From an uncultured Bacilli bacterium (GTDB taxonomy: Bacteria > Bacillota_I > Bacilli_A > RF39 > UBA660): a stretch of 64,000 nucleotides of DNA. Within the stretch, counting starts at the first letter, position 1, and every line of letters begins with the position of its first letter. Shown one piece after another: positions 9,684 through 18,655 of this stretch. Position numbers and translations under genes: made by a program. The stretch is taken from NCBI GenBank assembly GCA_944331915.1, contig CALVIR010000003.1:3294-67293 (forward strand), written 5' to 3'. Under the pieces are notes generated by a model, which was not told the origin of the DNA, ran no database searches, and worked only from the letters and a program-made list of their open reading frames with translations.

Positions 9684-11459
9684 TCAATCATTAATTACGT
9701 TCATCACTAAACGGTAAGCGGCAAGATCATAACCAGTACCATTACCATGATCAAAATAGAAGACACCAGCTCCTGTACTATAATTATAGTTATCACCACG
9801 ACCTATCCATGGATATTCTATGTTCAAATTATTTTGATAATCTCCATACCAGCCTGCTGTTTCTGATAAATCATGGGATAAACATTCTTTTCCATTGCAA
9901 GCAGTAAAAATGTCACTACTTGTATATTTATCATAGTATTTAGATTCCGGCATTGATGTGAAACCAGAGTTACTTACTATTTCATTATAGTTACCCATGA
10001 CATATTCCCAGGCTCCACCAGACATATCATATACTCCATAGATAGTTCCTGTTGTTGAAGCTCCTGTTCCATCGATATTTATATCATAAGTATAATGACA
10101 ACCATAATCAGTATTTCCATTAGACGGTGCTCCATAACTGCATCCAGTTATATATTGATTACTCTTATTTTGATATACCTCTTTATTAGCATTACTAAAA
10201 TCTGTATTGCCTAACTTTCCATATTTACTTTGAGATAGATACGCTACTACGCCCCATTCACTATTCTTCATCATATGCGTATCTACATTACTACTAAAAC
10301 CATATCGATTACCATTATCATTCATTTTTAAACTTACGTTAAAAGCGGTCGATATGTATATGTTTCTCCAACTAGTAACATTAGGTTTTATCATTGGATC
10401 TAAAGCAGTTGTATTCCCTCCTCCATATTCTGTATCAGGATTACTACTACTTGTTTCAAACTTTCCTACCCAAATTCCACTTAACTCTTCATCACCAAAG
10501 GTAAAGGCATCTGGGGTATACCAACTTGTTATTTCTTCTCCTACTTTATATTTAGCACTACATCTATCTTTTTCTCCACTTGCAACAAATTTTACATCTA
10601 TTTCTCCTGGTAATTCTTGAGTAGGTACTGTTGTTAAATATTCTCCTTGTTTTCCATAATAATTGGTTCCATCAACACTACCTATAGAATAACTATATCT
10701 TGGTATCCATACCCACATGGTTTCTATATCATTCATATTTATTACGGTTCCGACATTAGCACTCTTATAACTTGCTCTTGTACTACTACTGACAGTCACA
10801 GCATTAGCCCATTTCTGTGCATCATAGTTATACCAGTCATTATTAGTATTGCTTGTATCTGCTTTAACCCAATTATTGTTTTCATATTTTACTGCTATCA
10901 TATTAGTATCTAATTCTGGAGCATTTGGTTCATTTGTATACTCCGCAAATAAATATCCATTACTTGGTAAACTTAAATCATTATAATCTAGTCCCACATT
11001 TACTCCTAAAGTTATAGTCTGTTCTTGGTTACCATTATTTGATATTACTAATTTATAAGTCTCACTTGATCCTACGGCATTTACTTTCTCTAGATTTACT
11101 CCACTTTCTTCTGGTGGTGTTTGGCTCTCACAATCTATAATATAACCTGCTTCTATATTTGAATCTAAATTACCTTTATAATATAAATTAAATCTTGCTA
11201 ATCTATTATTAGGATTAGTTAATGTAATAGTAAAGGTCTTACTTTCCTTTGGTCCTAGGACTAATTTATCTGTACTTACGCCATCTACTTTTAAGTCATA
11301 AGTTAAATTTCCTGTTACAATACTTATCGCATTACTTTTTTCTTTTGTTACTGTAAACATCGCATAGGAAAAGTAACTTGCTAATAGTAAGAAACTAATT
11401 AATACTGTACATAAAACATATATCTTTGATATCTTAGTATTTAATAATATTCTTCTCAT
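9684..11459 (-). CDS. surface-protein family member 3 (FGE-like C-domain)
   Basis: A close paralog of copy 2. The first ~90 nt and the 5' leader are identical at the nucleotide level. Confidence 0.8.
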   Translation of the reverse strand: MRRILLNTKISKIYVLCTVLISFLLLASYFSYAMFTVTKEKSNAISIVTGNLTYDLKVDGVSTDKLVLGPKESKTFTITLTNPNNRLARFNLYYKGNLDSNIEAGYIIDCESQTPPEESGVNLEKVNAVGSSETYKLVISNNGNQEQTITLGVNVGLDYNDLSLPSNGYLFAEYTNEPNAPELDTNMIAVKYENNNWVKADTSNTNNDWYNYDAQKWANAVTVSSSTRASYKSANVGTVINMNDIETMWVWIPRYSYSIGSVDGTNYYGKQGEYLTTVPTQELPGEIDVKFVASGEKDRCSAKYKVGEEITSWYTPDAFTFGDEELSGIWVGKFETSSSNPDTEYGGGNTTALDPMIKPNVTSWRNIYISTAFNVSLKMNDNGNRYGFSSNVDTHMMKNSEWGVVAYLSQSKYGKLGNTDFSNANKEVYQNKSNQYITGCSYGAPSNGNTDYGCHYTYDINIDGTGASTTGTIYGVYDMSGGAWEYVMGNYNEIVSNSGFTSMPESKYYDKYTSSDIFTACNGKECLSHDLSETAGWYGDYQNNLNIEYPWIGRGDNYNYSTGAGVFYFDHGNGTGYDLAAYRLVMNVIND

Positions 11460-11625
11460 TATTTACTCCCTTCATTTAACCACCAAAAAGAACAGAATAC
11501 TACTATCCTGTTCTTATTATATGATTAAAGAAGGTACTTAAGCTTCTAAAGTACCCCCCCCCAGGTAACCATTTGTAAACGGGTGTTAGTTCTCATTTTC
11601 ATACCTTCTTTCTATTATTATTTAT
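11460..11625 (-). promoter_or_regulatory. family leader cassette (copy 3): uORF 11546..11602 (MKMRTNTRLQMVTWGGVL), C9 tract 11554..11562, hairpin 11488..11515 followed by U5
   Basis: On the coding strand an AGAAGG RBS lies 7 nt before the second ATG. The G-tract sits inside the uORF. The hairpin is AAGAACAG-N12-CTGTTCTT followed by TTTTT, then the main RBS AAGGGAG. Confidence 0.6.
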
Positions 11626-11660
11626 TTATATATTAACATATTTTTAACTGATTAACAATA

Positions 11661-12155
11661 TTATCTATGTTTATTATTAGTATTACTAATTCCTAAAGCT
11701 GTAAAATAGTCAGTGATACTATGAAAGGAACTGATATCATAAGTATCATAATCGTTAACACAATCTATAATAGTTGTTTCTAAATTATCAAGGTTTATCT
11801 CTTCATTATAAATGTTTTTTAAACTTTCTTTTTGACTTTCTGTTACATCGTGTAAGGTAGGACTTACTATATGAATAGCATTATGATTAAGACCATCTTT
11901 TCCTATGTAGCTTATATCTAAAATAGTGATAAGATTAGCAAAAGAAGATATCTTATCTAAAGATGAGGTAAATTCTTCATCAGTTGTTAAAGTAAGACCA
12001 TGTAAACACCACCAAGCACTAGGATATATATCATTAGTAAATAAAGCATTATGACTATATTTTTCTTCGTTATCTCTTTCTTCAAGAGAAATATTTTCTT
12101 CATTACTTGTTTTTATAGAACCATCTGGTCCAATTAACGTAATTAAATGTTTCAT
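11661..12155 (-). CDS. hypothetical protein
   Basis: A 164-aa ORF I cannot assign to any family. Confidence 0.5.
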   Translation of the reverse strand: MKHLITLIGPDGSIKTSNEENISLEERDNEEKYSHNALFTNDIYPSAWWCLHGLTLTTDEEFTSSLDKISSFANLITILDISYIGKDGLNHNAIHIVSPTLHDVTESQKESLKNIYNEEINLDNLETTIIDCVNDYDTYDISSFHSITDYFTALGISNTNNKHR

Positions 12156-12156
12156 T

Positions 12157-12810
12157 TTAAAAACCTACTCTTAATATTTCAAAGCTAGCATTATTACTAA
12201 CTCCATAACTTAGAGCTTCACTGCTAGTTTGAAAAAGTAAATCAAACATAAATTTTTGATCTTTTCCAATATCAGGTCCACGATCTAAGACAATACCTAT
12301 AAAATCTCCTACATTAGTATTACTAACTTTAACTATAGTACCAAAAGGATATTCTCTACCACCAGATAAAATTCTTATTTCACCATATTCTTGATCAAGA
12401 TAAGTTATAGTATCAGTAATACAGTAACCATAAGCAGTGTGGGTACCAATATCAGCACCATAACCACTCATTCTTCCAGTAAATATCTCATTATTAGTAT
12501 TAACATTCTCATCTTGATTAGTAGTTTCTTCATTAGGTTTAAGCTCTTCTTGATAGTTTATATTTTTATCAACTGACTCCACTATCTCGTCAATTGGCTC
12601 TTCTTCGATAATATTCTCTTCTTCTATTGGTTCTATTTCCTCAACAGGAATAGATTCTATTATAGGTTCTTCTTTAGTTATAGTTTCACTCTTTACATAA
12701 GTTATTTTGTTATTTACATCTATATTTGTAATAGTAGGACTGGTTGTACTGACAAGTAAACAGCATCCCATAAAGAGTATAGCGTTTATAATATAAACAG
12801 TTATTTTCAT
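12157..12810 (-). CDS. lipoprotein with C-terminal 3D (YuiC/MltA-like) domain
   Basis: Lipobox-like FMGC signal. The C-terminus GYGADIGTHTAYGYCITDT...GTIVKV...GIVLDRGPDIG is typical of 3D/DPBB cell-wall proteins. Confidence 0.55.
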   Translation of the reverse strand: MKITVYIINAILFMGCCLLVSTTSPTITNIDVNNKITYVKSETITKEEPIIESIPVEEIEPIEEENIIEEEPIDEIVESVDKNINYQEELKPNEETTNQDENVNTNNEIFTGRMSGYGADIGTHTAYGYCITDTITYLDQEYGEIRILSGGREYPFGTIVKVSNTNVGDFIGIVLDRGPDIGKDQKFMFDLLFQTSSEALSYGVSNNASFEILRVGF

Positions 12811-12881
12811 ATTTATCCCTCAATATTATGATAACATATAGACACTTATAAAACAACTAATTGACATTTATTAGGTGTAAA

Positions 12882-14294
12882 CTAATGTTCATAATATTTT
12901 TTTATAACATCATAGTCATTATATGGTAAATACTTATCTCCAATAGCCATATAATCATCTCTACCCTTACCAGCAATTAAAATAATATCTTTTGGTTTAG
13001 CTAAAGATAAAGCTTTATAGATAGCTTCCTCACGATTGATAATTCTCTCATAGTTAGTCATTTTAGACTCGCCTATTAAATCATCAATAATCTTATTAGG
13101 ATCTTCATTTCTTGGATCATCCATAGTAAAAACAACGTAATCAGAATTTTCTAAAACTACTTTACCCATGAATGGCCTTTTTTCTCTTTCTCTACCACCT
13201 GCACTACCAGTGACGGTAATTATTCTTCCTTCTTTAACCGTATTTAAGAATGTTAAGATATTAGCTAGAGCATCTTCAGTATGAGCATAATCTAGTATAA
13301 CAGTATACTCATCAGTAAAAGGCATTATCTCCATTCTACCTTCTATTTGCTTTATATTTTTTACTCTTGTAATTATATCATTAAAAGTTAGTCCTTTACA
13401 CAATAAGGTAATAATAGCAGCAGCTAAGTTTTCAACATTAAAGCTTCCAAGGAGTGGAGAAATAACTTTATAATCTTGATCTTGATATTTAAACGTAATT
13501 ATTGTTTCATTTCTTTTTAAGTCATAATCTTTAATCATTAAAGTATCATCTTCATTATAACCATAAGTTACAATATTACCTTTAGCGATAGATTTAAATT
13601 CCTCAAAATATAAATCATTACTATTTAAAATAGAAAAGCCAGTATCTTTGACTTGTTTAAATAATTCTTTTTTACAGCTTACATAGTTTTCAATAGTTTT
13701 ATGAACATTTAAATGGTCCTTAGTAACGTTTGTAAGAATAGCAATGTCATATTTAATATCATCTAAACGATGACGAAAGAAGGCTTCACTTGATGCTTCC
13801 ATACAAATAGTTGAACAACCATTATCAAGAAATTCTTTAAAGTATTTATAAAGTCTATCTACATCTGGAGTAGTGTTACGCATGCTGAAGTGTTTACCTT
13901 TATATTTTCTGCCATTAGTTCCAATATAAGCGGTATCATCACCTAGTAACATATAGATTAACTCTGCAACAGTAGTTTTGCCATTAGTACCAGTAACACC
14001 TATCATATAGGCTTTTTCATAAGGATAATCATAGAATTTAGCACATAGTTTTCTTAATTCTAAATTAGTATCTTTAACTTTAATAAGAGGAACACTTTTA
14101 GCTGGAATATCTTTACTGACAATAATAGCACTAGCACCATTATTAATCGCTTCATCAATAAAATCATGACGATCCGCAGTAACACCCATGGTACAAACAA
14201 AAATATCACCAGGCTCTATATCTTTTGAGTTTATCTTTATTCCCTTAATTATTCTATCATCAGAAACATCATATAATTCACTTAATTTTTTCAT
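12882..14294 (-). CDS. murE: UDP-N-acetylmuramoyl-tripeptide synthetase (MurE-type Mur ligase)
   Basis: A 470-aa protein with the GVTGTNGKTT P-loop, Mur ligase middle and C-terminal architecture, and a DDPRNED motif. Confidence 0.8.
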   Translation of the reverse strand: MKKLSELYDVSDDRIIKGIKINSKDIEPGDIFVCTMGVTADRHDFIDEAINNGASAIIVSKDIPAKSVPLIKVKDTNLELRKLCAKFYDYPYEKAYMIGVTGTNGKTTVAELIYMLLGDDTAYIGTNGRKYKGKHFSMRNTTPDVDRLYKYFKEFLDNGCSTICMEASSEAFFRHRLDDIKYDIAILTNVTKDHLNVHKTIENYVSCKKELFKQVKDTGFSILNSNDLYFEEFKSIAKGNIVTYGYNEDDTLMIKDYDLKRNETIITFKYQDQDYKVISPLLGSFNVENLAAAIITLLCKGLTFNDIITRVKNIKQIEGRMEIMPFTDEYTVILDYAHTEDALANILTFLNTVKEGRIITVTGSAGGREREKRPFMGKVVLENSDYVVFTMDDPRNEDPNKIIDDLIGESKMTNYERIINREEAIYKALSLAKPKDIILIAGKGRDDYMAIGDKYLPYNDYDVIKKYYEH

Positions 14295-14335
14295 TTACAT
14301 CACCTACTATAACATATATAAATTTATTTAAATAG

Positions 14336-15040
14336 TTACTTATCTATCTCAAACAAGAAATCTTCATGACGATAAAATTGTTCTTCTTCATATCTAGAGT
14401 AAATAGCAAAAGGACGATAAAAGTGTAATTCATTATTAACAACATATAAAAAGACATTATCACTATATGAGTCTATACCACGAAGATCTAAGAAACAGTC
14501 ATAATTACATTCAGCTTCTGTAAAATACATACTTTCTAACTCTTGTTTATAATAATTAGTAAATTCTTGTTCTAGAGTATTAACAATATCACTTTCAGTA
14601 ATAGAAAACTCTTTTAGCAAATCAGTATCTGTTACTAAATTACCAGTATCAAGATTAAAGTTATAGGTTCTAATAATAGTTTTAGGATAGTTGTTATCGT
14701 TTATATCATTATAGATATAGAAAGTAGCTAAGGATAGATAATTATCATTAAGATCAACTTGATAAGTAAACATACTTTCATAGTCAAGAGCATTATTAAA
14801 GTCTTGTTCTATTTCTTCATTAACTTTCTTAGCATCATCACTACTAAATTTAACATTTGGTAAGTATGAGGTAAAGTTAGTAGTATCATCTTTATGTTCT
14901 TCTTTAATACTAAAATAGGTATCTATACTATTACTTGTATTACTAGTAGCTAAAACGGAAATAAGAATGATAATAACAGTACCTATTATTAAGAATAAAA
15001 TAATTTTTATATATGGTTTATATTGTTCTAATTCCATCAT
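14336..15040 (-). CDS. hypothetical membrane-anchored protein
   Basis: A 234-aa ORF with an N-terminal TM segment and a D/E/Y/N-rich remainder. Confidence 0.5.
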   Translation of the reverse strand: MMELEQYKPYIKIILFLIIGTVIIILISVLATSNTSNSIDTYFSIKEEHKDDTTNFTSYLPNVKFSSDDAKKVNEEIEQDFNNALDYESMFTYQVDLNDNYLSLATFYIYNDINDNNYPKTIIRTYNFNLDTGNLVTDTDLLKEFSITESDIVNTLEQEFTNYYKQELESMYFTEAECNYDCFLDLRGIDSYSDNVFLYVVNNELHFYRPFAIYSRYEEEQFYRHEDFLFEIDK

Positions 15041-15041
15041 A

Positions 15042-15434
15042 TTATTCCCCTATTCCGCCATAGTTTTGTTCTAGATTTTCACGTTCTATTTGAATATTGG
15101 CTATTTCGACAATTTTAACAGTATTATTAGTAGTATTAATGGTAAATTGATAAGTGTATCCTTCTGAAGATACAAATCTACCAATATAGTTATTATCTTG
15201 ATAATAGTTATTTTCTTCGGTATAAGTTAAATCTTGGTTATAAAGATTTAATCTTTTTAGTTCTTGATAGTAGTTGTTATTTAGTTCTTTTATAGTACTA
15301 TTAGATAGAGAACTGTTTTCGTTTTTTAAAGCTTCAATGGGAGAAAATGTTTCGTTTCTAGGCCAAAAGATAAAGATGATTAGGATTATTAGTACTACGA
15401 CAATACCTATAATGGTTAGACTTTTTTTATTCAT
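15042..15434 (-). CDS. hypothetical membrane-anchored protein
   Basis: A 130-aa ORF with an N-terminal TM segment. Confidence 0.5.
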   Translation of the reverse strand: MNKKSLTIIGIVVVLIILIIFIFWPRNETFSPIEALKNENSSLSNSTIKELNNNYYQELKRLNLYNQDLTYTEENNYYQDNNYIGRFVSSEGYTYQFTINTTNNTVKIVEIANIQIERENLEQNYGGIGE

Positions 15435-15448
15435 ATATTTACCTCCTC

Positions 15449-16417
15449 TTATACTAGTTTTTGTCCAAAGATCCAGTACATAGCGGCGGTTGGATGGATC
15501 TCAGTATACATGTCAAAAGCTCTATTGTTATAGTCTTTAGTAATAGCATTATATTGATTTGGGTCCTGGACTAATATTTTACCGTCAGCTGTTATACCAC
15601 TTAGAACAATAATGTGGCCGCCTTTGGTAAATAAACCAGGTCTTTGGGAACACATTACGGGTTGTCCTGCTTTTATCGCTGAAATAACAAGTTCTGGATC
15701 AGTTGTAGAGACAACCTCACCAAGGCCATAGTAGTCTGCTAAAGCTTTAGGAAAGGCCCATGACATACCGGCACCATTTACATAGTAAGGCTGTCCCATT
15801 TCATTAACAACTTGGTCAGGAGTAATATTTTTTCCTGTTAAATAAGAAGCGACCATAGCACCTGAGGTGAAACCACAACCACCTAAAGCGATGGTGGAAT
15901 TACCTAATTTTACAGTAGGATAATCACCTTGATAATAAATTGGCATTCCGGTTAAGATGTTAGCAGCGGTATTAACAACAACCTCAGTAGCAGCTTTAAA
16001 GTCTTCTACCGCTTCAAAATCAGCCATTAGATCATGGAAAGAACTACTATTATAAGTTGGAGCAGGTGTATTTCTTATTACCTCATCTGTTGCTAAAGCT
16101 TCTTGCCAACAAGCACCTACATTGTATAGAGTTGTATTTTCATTAGAAACAAGAGTAAAGAAATTAGTAACAAGATTTACAACAGTAGGAAGGAAGAAAA
16201 TAATAAGAGCTGCTAAAAACTTAGTTAAAATACTCTTTAGTCCATTCTTTTTATCAGGATTAAGCATATTAGAGATTAAGGTTAAAGTTAAAGCAACAAT
16301 CAATATTATTGGTACAACGATACAAACAATAGAAAAAATACGTTCTAAAGTAGCTAAAGTACCAGCTAAAGCATAATCAGAGCAAACACTATCTAAAATA
16401 TAAAACATATATATCAT
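15449..16417 (-). CDS. membrane protein with C-terminal peptidase C39-like (papain-fold) domain
   Basis: GGCGFTSGAMVASYLTGKNITPDQVVNEMG plus a downstream GGHIIVLSG resemble the Peptidase_C39_2 Cys/His motifs. The N-terminus has several TM helices. Confidence 0.55.
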   Translation of the reverse strand: MIYMFYILDSVCSDYALAGTLATLERIFSIVCIVVPIILIVALTLTLISNMLNPDKKNGLKSILTKFLAALIIFFLPTVVNLVTNFFTLVSNENTTLYNVGACWQEALATDEVIRNTPAPTYNSSSFHDLMADFEAVEDFKAATEVVVNTAANILTGMPIYYQGDYPTVKLGNSTIALGGCGFTSGAMVASYLTGKNITPDQVVNEMGQPYYVNGAGMSWAFPKALADYYGLGEVVSTTDPELVISAIKAGQPVMCSQRPGLFTKGGHIIVLSGITADGKILVQDPNQYNAITKDYNNRAFDMYTEIHPTAAMYWIFGQKLV

Positions 16418-16683
16418 CCTTTTAATACTAATCTATTTATATAATAACAAGTTTTTAGACTTTTTTAAAGTGTTTTAAGTAAATCAAAAGAAATTGATAA
16501 GACTAAACTTTATCAATTTCTATTATTTACGTAATTATTAATATAGGACTTTTAACTTTATTCTAAGTCAAGAGATATCTATATTATCTTTGTAAGCCTT
16601 AGCCGACTAAACACGGTGACACTAAATTACTAGCATTATTAGGACTCTTGGTGAGCACCGTATCTTATACAGTTTACCTCTTT

Positions 16684-18402
16684 CTATCCTAGGACATAAG
16701 GTGAACTTACAGTTCCATCACCACTAGTGAAACCGGTATCAGTTAACACATTAATAACCGGACGTACGGCGTAGTTGTTGTTACTGCTACCGCTTCCTAT
16801 TCCTAGATAATCACCACTCATAGCCCACACTGAAACCATACTATCTCCGAAGTCGCACGGCGTCATAGTCCAATAATCTGCTCCATTTTCTCCTGGATTC
16901 AAGTAACTATCTGTTGTCACTCCTGGATTTTCTCCTGCTAATACTAGTTCATCTGCTGTTATTAAGCCTGCTTTTAATCTATAACTACCTCCATAGCTTT
17001 CACTTATTGATGGACATTTTAACGTTGGAGCATTTGCTTTGGCATAATTAGTCATACTTTGCCCTAATCTGTCATAACTTGAAAAAAAATACCAATCACC
17101 CATATCTGGAAAGTCATAATCTGTATCTTGTTTATATCCGCTACTATCACTACAAAATCTTCCTAATATTACATATCTATCATAATTTTGATTACTTCCT
17201 AAAGTATTATTATACCAAGTATCTACCTCTTTTTTAACAAAAGAGTCTGTTCCATTATCATAGGTATATCCTGCATATTTTTGATCATTATAATACTCTA
17301 AATTATATAATGACATTCCTACAAAGTTGGCATCATCTATAGAACTATCTGTTGCTGTAGGATTTGTTCCGTTATAGATTAATCTTAATGAACCATCTCC
17401 ATTTACTCTTATTATTTTCCAGTACATCTTATCTCCTGCTGATGCTAATTTTACTCTATTACTCTCATTACAACTTGAATAATGTTCTTGACAACTTTCT
17501 AAGCTTTGAAAATACTGATATCCAGAATTATATACATAATATACATAATAATCACTTTGATACTCTCCAAACTGAACATTATTATTAGTGACATTTCCTC
17601 TAAAGTAGTAACTTATGCCATCTTCATCTTCGGCTTGAAATAGACCATTTGTTACATATTCTGGATTTGTACTTGGTCCATTTTCCATATCAAAGTATCC
17701 ACCATTACTAGCATAATTGAACATATTAGTTTTTTCTTCTTGTAACTCGTTATTAGCTAAAATTGTTTGTACAGTCTCTGGGACATATTTATCTCCATCT
17801 TTACCATAAACATTTATTTGGACACTAAATTGTAAATTGCCTCCATCTCCTTGAGGATTATATTCTTCTGTTACATACATTCTAAGACGATAATTATTAG
17901 TTTCACTTGAGTTCATACTACTTGTATATAAACTCATTTCTCCTGCTGGTCTTCCTGTATAATTGTTAGCATTAGCTTCTTCACTATATGTCTCTGGTAA
18001 CATTAAAGCTTCTTCACTACCATCACTGTTTAATTTAGTTAGATATAACTTGATATTAGAGCCATCTATCTTTCTATCGCTTGTCGTTATATCTTTTGCA
18101 CTGATTTCATAGTTGATATTAACATTACCAGTGATATTACTTGATATCGTAAAATCAAAGTATTCTCCCTCTGTTAATCTAACTGTACCTGTTTTATCTG
18201 TTGTTGGTAATGCCCCACTCATATTTATAATATTACTAGTTTCAGTATAAGTCATCGTAATTGCTCCACTTGTAATACTGTTAACAGTATCTCCTGTATC
18301 TGTATAACTAAAGGCAGCATAACTTACTCCTACTACTGCTACAATCATTATCAAGATTAAACCTAAAATTATTATTTTTTCTTTTCTTTTTTCCATAAAC
18401 AC
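16684..18402 (-). CDS. surface-protein family member 4 ('GVRPVINV...GDGTVSSPY' C-domain type)
   Basis: N-terminus ...GVSYAAFSYTDTGDTVNSITSGAITMTY is a very close match to the SipW-cognate signal class. The C-terminal half is homologous to copy 1. Confidence 0.8.
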   Translation of the reverse strand: MFMEKRKEKIIILGLILIMIVAVVGVSYAAFSYTDTGDTVNSITSGAITMTYTETSNIINMSGALPTTDKTGTVRLTEGEYFDFTISSNITGNVNINYEISAKDITTSDRKIDGSNIKLYLTKLNSDGSEEALMLPETYSEEANANNYTGRPAGEMSLYTSSMNSSETNNYRLRMYVTEEYNPQGDGGNLQFSVQINVYGKDGDKYVPETVQTILANNELQEEKTNMFNYASNGGYFDMENGPSTNPEYVTNGLFQAEDEDGISYYFRGNVTNNNVQFGEYQSDYYVYYVYNSGYQYFQSLESCQEHYSSCNESNRVKLASAGDKMYWKIIRVNGDGSLRLIYNGTNPTATDSSIDDANFVGMSLYNLEYYNDQKYAGYTYDNGTDSFVKKEVDTWYNNTLGSNQNYDRYVILGRFCSDSSGYKQDTDYDFPDMGDWYFFSSYDRLGQSMTNYAKANAPTLKCPSISESYGGSYRLKAGLITADELVLAGENPGVTTDSYLNPGENGADYWTMTPCDFGDSMVSVWAMSGDYLGIGSGSSNNNYAVRPVINVLTDTGFTSGDGTVSSPYVLG

Positions 18403-18560
18403 TTACTCCTTTCAATTTAACCATAAAAAAGAACAGAATTTTTTTATCCTGCTCTTATTCCATGATTAAAGAAAGTACTTAAGCTTCTAAAGTACCCCCC
18501 CCCAGGTAACTTGTTGTAAACGGGTGTTAGTTCTCATTTTCATACCTTCTTTCTATCTTT
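18403..18560 (-). promoter_or_regulatory. family leader cassette (copy 4): C9 tract 18495..18503
   Basis: Same element. The uORF is MKMRTNTRLQQVTWGGVL. Confidence 0.6.
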
Positions 18561-18605
18561 TAATTAATTATACTCTATTTTATAGTATTATTTCAACTAA
18601 ATTTT

Positions 18606-18650
18606 TCTTTCAAAAGAAAACAGTTTTGAATGTTTTACTCAAAACTGTTT
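18606..18650 (-). terminator. rho-independent terminator after ileS
   Basis: On the minus strand: AAACAGTTTTGA-GTAAAACAT-TCAAAACTGTTT followed by TCTTTTG. Confidence 0.65.
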
Positions 18651-18655
18651 ATTAA

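Noticed and set aside
16597-16650. An ACGGTG ... CACCGT inverted repeat downstream of family copy 4 as a terminator
   Set aside because: The loop is long (about 38 nt) and no U-tract follows on the relevant strand, so there is no convincing intrinsic terminator.
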